From Candidatus Omnitrophota bacterium (GTDB lineage Bacteria > Omnitrophota > Gorgyraeia > Zapsychrales > Fredricksoniimonadaceae): a DNA stretch of 64,000 nucleotides. Below are positions 51,307-62,600 of the stretch, one piece after another. Location of the stretch: assembly GCA_015232565.1 (NCBI GenBank), contig JADFZK010000001.1:77160-141159 (forward strand). Direction: 5' to 3'. The notes below the pieces were generated by a model, which was not told where the DNA came from, did not search any database, and was given only the letters and a program-made list of their open reading frames with translations. A program made the translations under genes and the position numbers. Each line of letters opens with the position of its first letter. The first letter of the stretch is position 1.

Positions 51307-52503
51307 ATGAGCGGAATAACAGTCTATAAAGATAAGTGCATCGGTTGCCAGCTGTGCGTAAAGTCCTGTCCTTTCGACGCTATTAAAATGGTTGAAAAGA
51401 AAGCGGTGATCGACCTGGATAAGTGTACCTTGTGCAGTTCCTGCGTGGAAGCCTGCCGCAAGACCGGTGCGATCGAGATCGTGCGCACCACCACCCAGAC
51501 TCCCGATATCGAGAAATACAAAGGGGTATGGGTATTCGTGGAGCAGAGAAAAGGCGTTATTCAGTCGGTGTCGTACGAGCTATTGGGCAAGGCCCGGGAG
51601 CTGGCCGACAAGCTGAAGGTCGAAGTGTCTTGTCTTTTGCTGGGAGCGAATGTTACGAATGTCGCCCAGGACCTGGTGCACCGCGGGGCCGATAAAGTTT
51701 ATGTGGTCGACGACGCGCGCCTGGAAAACTTGCTGGATGAGCCCTACGCGCGTATCGTATCTAATCTTATAAGAAAGCATCGTCCGGAAATCCTTTTGTG
51801 CCCGGCAACCACTATCGGCCGTTCGGTCATCTCTCGCGTTGCCGTTCAGTTGCGTGTGGGTTTAACCGCGGATTGTACCGAGCTGGATGTAAATGTTGCC
51901 GAGCGTTATCTTATGCAGACCCGGCCGGCTTTTGGCGGCAATATCATGGCCACTATTCTTTCCAAGCATCATCGTCCGCAGTTGGCGACGGTGCGCCACA
52001 AGGTGATGAAAGAGGCCGAAGTTGACCTGAAGCGTAAGGGAGTGATAGAGGCTGTAAAATTTGACAATTCTTTCTTTGCTTCCAAGACCAAAGTGCTGAG
52101 CGTGGTTGACGAGGTTACTTCAACTATCAACATAGCCGAAGCCAATGTGATCGTTTCCGGCGGACGGGCTATGGGTAAGGCCGAGAATTTCAAGATTCTC
52201 GAAGATTTGGCCAAGGTGTTAAACGGTGCGGTGGGTGGTTCGCGTGCCGCTATCGACGAGGGTTGGCTGCCGTATTCGCACCAGGTGGGCCAGACCGGTA
52301 AAACAGTTTGTCCAACTATTTATATCGCTTGCGGCATCTCCGGCCAGATCCAGCATTTGGTCGGTATGCAGTCATCCGACATAATTATTGCTATTAACAG
52401 GGACCCTTCCGCACCTATCTTTAACGTTGCTAACTATGGCATTGTAGGCGATCTTTTCGAGATCGTGCCTATGTTGACCAAGCGTTTTAAAGAAGTGCGT
52501 TAA
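51307..52503 (+). CDS. etfA: Electron-transfer flavoprotein alpha subunit with an N-terminal 2x[4Fe-4S] ferredoxin domain.
   Basis: It has CIGCQLCVKSCP and CTLCSSCVEAC (two CxxCxxCxxxC motifs), then the EtfA domain with the FAD-binding C-terminus (IYIACGISGQIQHLVGM). Confidence 0.85.
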   Translation: MSGITVYKDKCIGCQLCVKSCPFDAIKMVEKKAVIDLDKCTLCSSCVEACRKTGAIEIVRTTTQTPDIEKYKGVWVFVEQRKGVIQSVSYELLGKARELADKLKVEVSCLLLGANVTNVAQDLVHRGADKVYVVDDARLENLLDEPYARIVSNLIRKHRPEILLCPATTIGRSVISRVAVQLRVGLTADCTELDVNVAERYLMQTRPAFGGNIMATILSKHHRPQLATVRHKVMKEAEVDLKRKGVIEAVKFDNSFFASKTKVLSVVDEVTSTINIAEANVIVSGGRAMGKAENFKILEDLAKVLNGAVGGSRAAIDEGWLPYSHQVGQTGKTVCPTIYIACGISGQIQHLVGMQSSDIIIAINRDPSAPIFNVANYGIVGDLFEIVPMLTKRFKEVR

Positions 52504-52540
52504 CCCCGGGGCGTTAAGTCCCGGTTAACTTAAGCCCATC
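52501..52540 (+). terminator. Candidate stem-loop at the 3' end of etfA (GC-rich palindrome containing GTTAAC arms; no clear U-tract).
   Basis: gttaaCCCCGGGgcgttaagtCCCGGttaac forms CCGGG/CCCGG arms and is flanked by the palindromic gttaac. A 380-bp non-coding region follows. Confidence 0.2.
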
Positions 52541-52882
52541 GGGTTTCTTCCATAACGAGAATGATTATTTCTTTGTGCGCAAAACTGTATCGCGGCATTG
52601 TCCGCGGTATTATCTTTAATGTGCATGTTTTGCACGTATAGAGATCGCAATGTAACAAGATGGCACTTTTCGCGTGGACGGTTCGGTGATTTCTTTGGTC
52701 AAGTTTTTGGGGTAGAAGCCGGGTTCTCGTCGTTGATTTGGGTTTAAGTGCCGGATTGGCGGTGCGGCATAAATAAAATATTAAACTTCCGTTGACGCTT
52801 TTCAGTTCTTTTATTAAAGTATCATCGTGGCAAAAGTTTTATAACAGGGATGTATCATTAAACAGGGAGGCTACATACAATT

Positions 52883-53089
52883 ATGGAAAACAACAAGCCT
52901 AATATCGAGCAGATCGGCAGTTTGATGACTATCGATGAAGTGGCCGGTTATTTAAGGGTTAAGAAGCGCACGGTTTACGACTGGGTGAAAAAGGGCAAGA
53001 TCCCGGCTATGAAAACGGTGGGCCTGTGGCGTTTCCGCCGCGACCGCATCGATCAGTGGCTCGAAGCGGATGCCACTGTGGAAGCCTGA
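52883..53089 (+). CDS. Small helix-turn-helix DNA-binding protein of the excisionase/MerR-like (HTH_17) type.
   Basis: It has MTIDEVAGYLRVKKRTVYDWVKKGKIPAMKTVGLWRFRRDRIDQWL, which fits the pattern of excisionase-family DNA-binding domains. Confidence 0.6.
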   Translation: MENNKPNIEQIGSLMTIDEVAGYLRVKKRTVYDWVKKGKIPAMKTVGLWRFRRDRIDQWLEADATVEA

Positions 53090-53124
53090 TCTTTGTTTGA
53101 GCGTTCATACCAGGAAAGCCTTGC

Positions 53125-56100
53125 ATGTATTTTAAACGGTTGGAAATATTCGGCTTTAAGTCGTTTGCAGAGAAGACTGTCTTTAATTTCGAGCCCGGGG
53201 TCACGGCGGTAGTCGGCCCCAACGGCTGTGGTAAAAGCAATGTCTTCGATGCTATCCGCTGGGTTCTGGGTGAACAAAGCGTTAAGCAATTGCGCGGCGG
53301 CGAGATGCAGGATGTTATTTTTAACGGTACCGACACCAAGCTGGCCTTGGGGTTTGCCGAGGTCAGCGTGGGGTTCAGTAACACCACGCGCACGTTGCAG
53401 ATCAATTCTGATGAAGTGGTGATCACCCGCCGTTTATTCCGTTCCGGTGAGAGCGAATACCTCATAAATAAAGAACCTTCCCGCCTTAAAGATATCACCG
53501 AATTGTTCATGGGTACCGGCGTGGGCGCTGAGTCCTATTCTCTGGTCCAGCAGGGCCGGGTGGACCTGGTGGTCAGCGCCAAAGCCGAAGACCGCCGGAT
53601 GATCTTCGACGAAGCGGCCGGCATCACCAAATACAAATCTAAAAAACGCGAAGCCCAGCTTAAGCTTAAAGAGACCGACGATAATCTTTTGCGTATCAAT
53701 GATATTGTCGTCGAGGTTAAGCGGCAGATCTCGTCCATTGAGCGGCAGGCCCAAAGGGCCCAGCGTTACAAGGAAGAGTTCGAAAAGCTTAAAGGCCTGG
53801 AGCAGGTGCTGGCGTGTTATCAGCTGGATGGCTTTCGCCGGGAGAAAGACGAAGTACTGGCTTTCCTGGCGGAAGTGCAGGGTAAAGAAACCACCGGTTC
53901 GCTCGAGCTGGATGAATACCGTCAGGTAGTGGAGCGCGAAGCTTTGCTCGTGGAGGACTTGGCGGCGCAGGTGCAGTCCTTGCGTGAGCAGGATATAAAA
54001 TTACAGAACCAGATCGACATGGCCAACCGCCAGTCCGGCTTTGATGAAGAGCGTTTGACGAACCTGGACCAGAATGAAGAACGCATTGCCGCGCAAAGAA
54101 TAGTCCTGGCTGAGAAATGCCGCAATCATCAGGAAAAGATCACCGAGCTGGAGGCGGCGCTGGGTCTGTTCGACCAGACAGTTGCGGAAGCTCTGGCCGG
54201 CTTGAACGAGAAAAAGACGGCGCTGACGAATGCCGCCCGGGCTATCGAAGAGTGCCAGGACGCCATGCGCAACGACGAGGAGAGCATCCTGGGCATTACG
54301 TCCCGCCAGGTGCAGAATGTTAATGCTTTGACGGAAGTAATGAAGGAAACGCAGGGGTTCCTGGCGCGCCGCCGCCGGCTGGAAGTGGAGCAGGCCAAGT
54401 CGCAGGGCGAGAAAGAAGATATCGACCGCCGGCTGGCCGGAGTGTCACAGGGCATGGTGGATGTTATGGCCCGGCGCGACCGTTTAAGCCAGGATCTGCA
54501 GCGGGAGAAAGCCCTTTTGGCCAGCCAGAATGAAGAGCTGAATGCCCTTTCTTTGTCTATCGACGGGCTGGAGAAAAAGAAATTTTTCCTGATCTCGCAA
54601 AAAGATTTTATTGAAAAGATGCATGTGCAGTACCAGGATATGCCGGATCCGGTGATCGACGGGCGTTTCCTGTCGGGCAGTGTGCCGGTGGCCGGGCAGA
54701 CCGGGTTTATGGGCAAGATCAAGGAAGTTATTGCGGTGGATCCGGCCCGTAACGAGAATTTGCAGAGCCAGTTAAGCCGTTTTACCGGCCCGGCTCTTTA
54801 CGAAATCATTTGCGAAACCAAATTCATCGAACTGGACCCGCAGTCCCTGGCGGCGCAGATCAGCGCTATTGAGGACGAGATCAAGTCGTTGGTCATTGAG
54901 AAACAGGTTAAAGTGGCAATGGTCTCGGACCAGTCCCGGCTGGTGGAGCGGGTGCAGGCTGATATCCATGCCGAAGAACGCCGTTTGTCGGTGTGTGAAG
55001 CCCAGCAGAATGATATCGGCCTGGAAGCCAGAAAGATCATGGACGAGATCCAGGCGGTGGCTTTGGAGGTGTCCGAGGTGGAGCAGGGTTTGCTGCGCCT
55101 TAAGGATAGTGATGACCTGTTAAAAGCCGAAGCCGCCCGGATCGACGAGGAGCTGGCTTTTATCCGTAACGGGCTTAAAGGCCGGGAAGAATCGCTGGCG
55201 GGCAAGCGTCGGGAACGGGAAGAGGCCGCGGTGGCTTGCGCCCAGATGGAGAGTGAGCTTAAGGCTTTGAAAGATAAAGAACGTTCCTGGCGCGATAATC
55301 TGGCGATGTTCCGGGAGAGCCTCAACAGCTGTCTGGATGAGATCAGCCGGTTGCAGGTTGAAGCGGATTCCTGCGGCGAGCGGCGCCTGAAACTTAACGA
55401 GGACATTGCTCTTCTGCAACGCAATATTGAGGAGTTCAAGGCGGCGAGCCAGGAATTACGCGGCTCATTGGGCCGCCTGGAGGCCGAGGAACAGGATGTT
55501 TCCCAGCGTTTGTCGAGCGTGCGTACGCAGATCATGATGATGGAAAAAGAGATCGCCGACAATCGCGATATGGTCCATGAAAAAGAAATGAAGGTCCAGC
55601 AAATAGAGTACCAGGAGCAGGCGGTCCGGGAGCGCGTGTTCCAGAAATATAACATTGACCTGGCCGTGGCTATGGCTTCGCCGGGTGTGGCTTTGGACCT
55701 GCCTGGTTTCAACGGCGTGGATTCCGAAGGGACTGCGGGTCAGCCGGCGGCCGAGCCGCAGATCGATAGCGAGGCCCTCAAGCGCGATATCCAGGCTTTG
55801 GCCAAGCGTTGCGAATCTTTCGGCGGTGTTAATTTGATGGCGATCGAGGAATTTGAAGAGCTGAAGAACCGCTTTCATTTTCTGACCAAACAGCAAAGTG
55901 ACCTGTTGGCTGCCAAGGACTTGCTGGACCAGACCATCCGCAAGATTAATAAAACCACCCGGCAATTGTTCACCGATACTTTTGTGAAGGTCAACGAGCA
56001 GTTCCGGATGTATTTCCGTATGCTGTTTAACGGCGGCGAGGCCCAGCTGGTTTTGCTGGACCCCGAGAACGCCCTGGAGTCCGGGATCGAGATCGTGGCC

Positions 56101-56565
56101 CGCCCGCCCGGCAAGAAATTGCAGACCATCAGCCTCCTTTCCGGCGGCGAGAAGACCATGACGGCGATCGCTTTGATCTTTGCGGTATTCCGTGTTAACC
56201 CCAGCCCGTTCTGCGTGCTCGACGAGATTGATGCGGCTCTCGACGAGGCCAATGTGGACCGTTTTGCCAGTGTGCTTAAGGAATTCGCCAAGATAGCGCA
56301 GTTCATAGTTATTACGCATAATAAAAAGACTATTGCCCATGCGGATGTGATGTATGGCATTACCATGCAACAGACCGGCGTTTCCCGAGTGGTGTCGGTG
56401 AAATTTGCCGAGAAGGCCAAAGAGCCGCTGGGTGCCGCGGCGATCGAAACGGCAGCGTCCGAAACATCTCCGGCAGTTGAGCCTCAGCAGGAAACCGTCT
56501 CAACTCCGTCGGTGCTCCCCGAAGCGCCAGCCCAGTCCCCGTCCGAAGCTTTCGCTGAAGTATAA
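53125..56565 (+). CDS. smc: Chromosome segregation protein SMC.
   Basis: It has MYFKRLEIFGFKSFAEKTVFNFEPGVTAVVGPNGCGKSN (Walker A head) and long coiled coils. The hinge is followed by the C-terminal LSGGEKTMTAIALIFAVF ... CVLDEIDAALD signature and Walker B/D-loop. Confidence 0.9.
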   Translation: MYFKRLEIFGFKSFAEKTVFNFEPGVTAVVGPNGCGKSNVFDAIRWVLGEQSVKQLRGGEMQDVIFNGTDTKLALGFAEVSVGFSNTTRTLQINSDEVVITRRLFRSGESEYLINKEPSRLKDITELFMGTGVGAESYSLVQQGRVDLVVSAKAEDRRMIFDEAAGITKYKSKKREAQLKLKETDDNLLRINDIVVEVKRQISSIERQAQRAQRYKEEFEKLKGLEQVLACYQLDGFRREKDEVLAFLAEVQGKETTGSLELDEYRQVVEREALLVEDLAAQVQSLREQDIKLQNQIDMANRQSGFDEERLTNLDQNEERIAAQRIVLAEKCRNHQEKITELEAALGLFDQTVAEALAGLNEKKTALTNAARAIEECQDAMRNDEESILGITSRQVQNVNALTEVMKETQGFLARRRRLEVEQAKSQGEKEDIDRRLAGVSQGMVDVMARRDRLSQDLQREKALLASQNEELNALSLSIDGLEKKKFFLISQKDFIEKMHVQYQDMPDPVIDGRFLSGSVPVAGQTGFMGKIKEVIAVDPARNENLQSQLSRFTGPALYEIICETKFIELDPQSLAAQISAIEDEIKSLVIEKQVKVAMVSDQSRLVERVQADIHAEERRLSVCEAQQNDIGLEARKIMDEIQAVALEVSEVEQGLLRLKDSDDLLKAEAARIDEELAFIRNGLKGREESLAGKRREREEAAVACAQMESELKALKDKERSWRDNLAMFRESLNSCLDEISRLQVEADSCGERRLKLNEDIALLQRNIEEFKAASQELRGSLGRLEAEEQDVSQRLSSVRTQIMMMEKEIADNRDMVHEKEMKVQQIEYQEQAVRERVFQKYNIDLAVAMASPGVALDLPGFNGVDSEGTAGQPAAEPQIDSEALKRDIQALAKRCESFGGVNLMAIEEFEELKNRFHFLTKQQSDLLAAKDLLDQTIRKINKTTRQLFTDTFVKVNEQFRMYFRMLFNGGEAQLVLLDPENALESGIEIVARPPGKKLQTISLLSGGEKTMTAIALIFAVFRVNPSPFCVLDEIDAALDEANVDRFASVLKEFAKIAQFIVITHNKKTIAHADVMYGITMQQTGVSRVVSVKFAEKAKEPLGAAAIETAASETSPAVEPQQETVSTPSVLPEAPAQSPSEAFAEV

Positions 56566-56664
56566 ATTCTTTCAGTTAATTAGCTTGGGGCATTGATCAG
56601 TTTTTGGCTGTAAATTCGTCCTCCCCTTGAAATTTCCCCTTTTATAGTGTTTACTTACCAGTAA

Positions 56665-59600
56665 ATGATGGCGCTAAGCTTCCGATTACGCAGGTGGGTG
56701 TCTTTTTTTGTCTTTTGGGCTTTCCTGGCCGCTGAAACGGTCTCGACGGCACGGATGGCTCCGGGCCTCGGCCTGTCGTCGGAACCGGCTTTGGTGAATT
56801 TAAGCCGGCCGGTTAAGCCGTTGCTTAAAGGTTTACAGCTGGATCCGGCTCAGCCGTACAAGATCAATTTCCTGGTGGATAAAGGCGGCCTGGATAATGA
56901 AGGTAACAAATCCCGGGCGCTGGGTTTTCGCCGGGATACCGATGAGCTGGTGAAATATTTTCTGGCCGGCCTGACGGTTCCCCGGGGTGAGTTCTGGGTT
57001 AACCTTTCGCCGTATGAAGTCCGCAGGATAATCCCCGATGGTTTGGGCCGGACCGGTCTGGGCCGGGTTTTCCTTGAGCAGGACCTAAGGCTGAAGAACT
57101 TAACCGCCAGCCTGTTGTACCCGCAGAGCGTTACCGGTCGAAAGGTCTGGGAGCAGATCTACGCCGCGGCGTATGCAAAATACGGCACCACCGAGATCGG
57201 GATGGATATATTCAACAAAGTGTGGGTAGTGCCTGATGATCCTATGATCTATGAACGGCCTTTGCCGGCTGCCGGCGCGGGCTTGGAGACGGCGTATATT
57301 ACCCGCGCGAAGTTGAAGGTTATGCTGGATTGCGATTATGCGGCGGCAGGTTCCGCCGAGGCCCGTGCGCAGGCCGCTATTGATCCAGGCCAGAGCGGGG
57401 CCGTTGTAAATGCGGAGGTTTCTTCAGCCAGTGATCATGAGCTGGCCAGGAATATTCTGCGTAATGTTGTTATTCCCGTGCTGGAACAGGAAGTAAATGA
57501 AGGCGCTGGTTTTGCGCCATTACGGCAGGTTTACAATGCTTTGATACTGGCGGGATGGATGAGAAGCAAGATCCAGGCGCGGGAATTGGCTGCCTATGTT
57601 GATGCCAATAAGACTGCGGGGGTGGAAAATGGCGAGCCGGGCCTGAAAGAACGGGTCTGGAACAAGTATGTTGAGACATTCCGAAAAGGTGTTTTTGATC
57701 TTATACAGGAAGAGGAAGATCCCGCAACGCATGAACTTCTGCCGCGCAAATATTTCTCCGGGGGTTTTGATCTCAGCCAGGCGGCAGTCCCGCGGGTCAG
57801 TCACGATCTGGACGCCTCGGCGCTTCCTGTGAGACAGGAAATGGTGACGTATAGAATTAATCCGTTATCAGGCAATGGGGTGTTTAATATGGCGGACCTG
57901 GAGCGTCAGAAGAAGCCCCGGAAAGTAATTACTGAACAGCCCGCTGATTCGGACTCATCGGCAAATGCATTGGCAGATCTGTCAATTGAGGCAGATGAGC
58001 TGGTCCCGGAGCAGGTGCCTCTCGGTTCTAAAGAGCGGGAGCAGTGGATAGCTGGGCATATGGTGCCAGATACGGATCTGGAATTTAGTCTTGGGCGTAG
58101 GGCTGTTTTTGCCGATTATGTTAAAGCCGCCCGGGAAGCTTTTGCGGTGAAACATCATTCCAGGCAGTCGCGCTTGCGCGCAGGCGACTTTGGAGTGCAG
58201 GCACTTAATGTTCTTGTTCAGGAGTATGCGGCCAAAAATCGTTCCGGGATTATCGATGTAGGAAGCTTGATCCCGATGTTGGAGAGTTTTGCACCACTGG
58301 CGTATGACACCGGGTCTTTACAAGCCGTAGTGGATTTTATTAAAGTTAATTCATTGATTGATCAGCATAATATCGGAGCTTTGGCAAACCTTTTGCAGTC
58401 AGCCAAACTAGTTGGTTTGCGGACCGAGCTGTCCTTCTGGTTTCTGCAAGAAGAGATCCAAATGGATAATTTTATGACTAATATGCAAAGCCTGTTGTTT
58501 GCCTTGGAGAATCAACCTGCAGAAGCCTTAATGAGTAGGCTGGTTGGGCGAATGGGCTGGATTCAGGTAATGCATAGTACTGTTCGGCGACGTATTCAAG
58601 AAAGGGTCAAGCCGAAGGGTATAGGGATCCGGCAAATTATGACTGAGGCTGAAAAGGCGGTCTGGCGGGGTTTTTTTGTTGAATTTGAACAGATATTAAA
58701 TGATGGTGCTTTGCGGTCGTTCTTTGCACAAAGTTCATTTGAGGATATTTATGATGATGTGGTTTTTCACATCCATAATGTTTTGTCTTTAGTTGAGCGT
58801 GGAGAATTGCCGTTTATGACAGAAAACGGGACTGTGGCGGAGGCGATCGGGCGGGCGCATATTCCGGCAGAAACAATGTTCTTGCATATCAGCCCGGTTG
58901 TTAGGACGGCAGGAATAGAAAATCTTATTAAGGTCTTAAGATCCAGAGACAGGGCTTTTTCGGATGGTGAACTATATTTTCTGGATCGGTTAGGGAAAAG
59001 ATATTTTGTCCATAGTTTAGGAACTGATATTCGGGGATATTTTCCGGTAATTTCTGGCTTGATCGGCTTGGTTTCGCGTTATGTCAATGGGGGTTTTGAA
59101 GAGGTTCGGGAGGTGAATGATTTAGGGTCGGCTCAGCAGATTATTGGAGAATTGAATACCATTGCGAACATGCACGAGATGCGTCATGTGGCAGATGTGG
59201 CAGATGCATTGTCGGTTTTCTTGGTTTATGGTATTACTGCCAGGCCGGAAGATCAGGCGGTTTTCGATCTGTTGGAAGAGCGGCGTTTGGCGATGTGGGA
59301 CCTGATCAAGGCCTTGGCATATATGATCGGAAACTTTAAGTTGGAAACCGACCGCTCGGTCTCTGTGTTCTCTTTGGCTGAGATTAAAAGAATGTTGCTT
59401 GCTGTTGAGACATTGAATGCTCAGCTGGTTAAACATTTACAGGATTATGAGGTGCCAGAGGATTCTTTGGAGTTAATGTTGGAGTCTGTGGATTCAAGCT
59501 ATGACAGCATGTTTAGTCTTGAGCGGATTATCGAGCTTGCCGGATCAGGCGTGGCTAGTCCTGCAAGGGGGGCTTTCCGGGAGATACTTCAGGAGGTTAT

Positions 59601-62600
59601 TAAGCAGATCTCCAAATCTCAAGATGGTTTCGCCGGAACAATAGAAGGGGTACTTCCTGATGTGCGGATCCTTCGTTACGACATTTATTTATTGCTTAAA
59701 AATCTGGTCGTTAATGCCAAACAAGCGGGGGCTCGAAATGTGGTTTTGACGGCCCGGGCGGTTGGCACTGAAGTTTCAGGATCGGGATCAAAAGGTACTG
59801 GGCTGGAGCTGGTGGTTAAGGATGATGGGCCGGGAATGGCTGAGGAACAAGTTTCCAGGATAATGAGCCGGCAGGGTTTTTCCACCAAAGAGCTGGGCCA
59901 GGGAAAGGGCCTGTTGGGTGTGTGGCAAATAGTGGATCGTTATAACGGTGTGATGAAGGTCAAATCAGCCCCGGGTCAGGGGGCAACGTTTACGATTGTT
60001 TTTCCGGAAAGCGCATCGGCAGGCGGGGTGCGCATTGAAGGGCAGTCAGCATTGCTACCGTTAAGTGAAGATCTCGCCGGTAATGTGGCCGATCACGCCG
60101 CCCAGTCCGAGTTGCTGGCGCAGTTTCCGGAGGAGTATTTTGACCGTGAGTCAATCATTGCCCGGTTACGCGGTATGCCCGGCCCGGAATACAGTATTGC
60201 CTATGAGCCGTTTGTGGTAATGGGGGAAGGGCGGGAGGTCTCGGTTAAAGTTGCCTGGAACATCATTATTAAAGGAACGATGAGAAGCGCGCATTTGACA
60301 GTGAGGTTAAACGGGCAAGGAAATCAATATTATGAAGTGGATTATGATTACAATATCAGTGCTGGTGTTGAGCGTTTAATAAATGCTCATGAGTATGCCA
60401 GTTTTGAGAGAACTCCGCGAATGAAGGGCCTACTTAAAGCGTTGCGCTTCTTGGCGCTTGATCGAAAGGTGCCTGTTATAAATGTTAGGTTAATGAATTC
60501 AGAAACTTTAAGTCTTCTTATGAGTTTCGATAATATGGGAGCTGCACATTCTCAGAAGGCAATTTCGTTAATAGGCAGAACGACGCCAGCCTATTTCTTG
60601 TGGTGGGACATGACTGCGTTTGAAGATGTGTATTTGCCTAGCGGGTTGCGGCTATCTATCGGGCGTTATTGTTTTAATTTTAATCAATTTGGTTCTTCGG
60701 AGAAAGCCGAGCGTTTGCAAGGGATGTTCCGTCAAGCCACGGAGGTCGAGCTGGCTAATTATGCCGGGCCGGTTGATATTAAACTTGCACCGGAACGCCG
60801 CGATCTGTTGCGTGCCCGATACCCCGGCCGTGGCGCGATTGAAGCCCTGGCTGCTGTATTCAAGTATGAGCGAAAGAAGGTGCCGGTAAATGGCGATGCC
60901 TACGATCGCATTCTGTCCTCGGCCCTTCAGCGTCAAGAAAAGCGCTTGCGTTCTATTGCCGCCGCGAGTCTCAGTCAAAAGGAAATGGCAATTAACCCGG
61001 CGGCTTCGGTTGTGGCGGATAAAACAAAAGATTTCTCCGCGGCTCAGGAGGCGTTTACGGCACGATTCAAGCCTGTTGAGTTTAGCGGCGCAGGCAGGCT
61101 GGTTCGGATGGAGACATACGTAGATGACTTCTTTTACAAAAGTATTTTGAAGAACGGCTTTGTCCCCAGAAGCCTTAGGGCTGATCCTGGTATTGGCGTA
61201 ACGTATTTTCCGGATAATGTATCATTTCTCTTGTTGTTCGATTATTTAAAAAATCTGGGCATGCTGTTATCAACGAATAATTCCGGGGATGATGTTTCTA
61301 ACATTATTTACCTGCTGGATCCGCAAAAGGTTAAGGCGGGCCGCCAAAGTTTTGAATTGGCGGGAAGTTTCTTTGCTGAGGATTCTAAGCGTGACAAAGT
61401 ATTCAAACGGGGTTTGGCAATGCTGGGCTATACGGAAAATGACAAGTGGACTGGGCGCTTAAATGCGGCGCCCGATGAAATTCAGGCCCGCGACAAGGAG
61501 ATTGTTCCGTTTGATTATGTGGATAGCGTGGTTGTTCACCCGGACAACTTCGATACGGTTGTGCGCTGGAATGCCCAGATGGGAAGAAATGATCTGAAGG
61601 TATATGTTTTTGATCCGCAAAACAAGCGGGAATATGTCCTTTATGAGCCTAAAGAGCTTTCGGCAGGTTTGTTGCCGGAAAAGCCAGGAATCCAGGCTGA
61701 TTCGGGTTTGATCGGGTTGGAGGCGTTGAGTGCGTTGTTAAAAAGCCCTGGCGAGCGTACGCCCTTTCCTGTGGAGGCGTTTGACCTTCAGTATAATGTC
61801 AATAAATTACGGGCTCTGAGGGGAAGCAAGAAAAAGAGCGTTTCTTATTGGCCGTTTAAAGTGGTAGCGGGCGGACGGGAGGTTTTAGTTAGCATTGTTT
61901 GGGAAAGGGGAGAATTATTAACGGGGCAGGAGCATTTCTCTTTTAAAATTTTCTTTGATGGAGAAAAGACTGAAGGTTTTTGTTTGAATTTTTCCTACGG
62001 GAATGGCGTTGACCAGAAGCAAGGGATCATTGATAGCAATGCTTTGTCGTTGACGAGAACACCTGAAGCCGGGGAGATTGTTAAAGTGTTAAGCCCTTTG
62101 ATTTTGGCTGGTTCGGGGGGTGTGCTTGAAGGATCAGAGACTAAGTCTGCCGCCCAGTCCGAGTTGCTGGCGCAGTTTCCGGCGGAGTTTTTTGACCGTG
62201 AGTCAATCATTGCCCGGTTACGCGGTATGCCTGGCCCGGAACGCAGTGTTTCCTATGAGCCGTTTGTGGTAAGGGGGGAAGGGCGGGAGGTGTCTGTTAA
62301 AGTTGCTTGGTATATGTCTTTATCCGGAGACAAAGAATTAAAGTATCGTTTGAGCATTATTCTTAATGGGGATAAAAAACAATATTACACGGTTTATTAC
62401 GACTACTATCGGACTATTGAAGGAAGGGAGAAATTAAGGTCGGTTGATGAGTATGCCAGTTTCAAAGATGCCCCGCGCATGGCCGGATTGTTTAAGATAT
62501 TGCGTTCTTTAGCGCTGGACCGGAGTGTCCCTCTTATTGATGCAAATATAACCAATCAGGAAAGCCTCGATCTGTTAAGAAGTTTTGCTTATCCGGGGGA

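Noticed and set aside
52504-52882. I considered a tRNA or other structured RNA in the 380-bp non-coding gap (it contains GGTTCG and GGGTTC strings).
   Set aside because: Neither string is followed by the T-loop consensus (GTTCGAATC/GTTCRANYC). No acceptor-stem complement was found at tRNA spacing. A covariance-model search would be needed to exclude small RNAs fully.
52883-53089. I considered whether the excisionase-type HTH gene signals a prophage or integrative element.
   Set aside because: No integrase, recombinase, transposase or phage structural genes occur anywhere in the window. The flanking genes are core (etfA, smc).
56566-56664. I considered a promoter for the giant gene (cTTGAAAtttccccttttatagt).
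   Set aside because: The spacing between the TTGAAA and TATAGT elements is only about 10 nt, which is incompatible with a sigma70 promoter.
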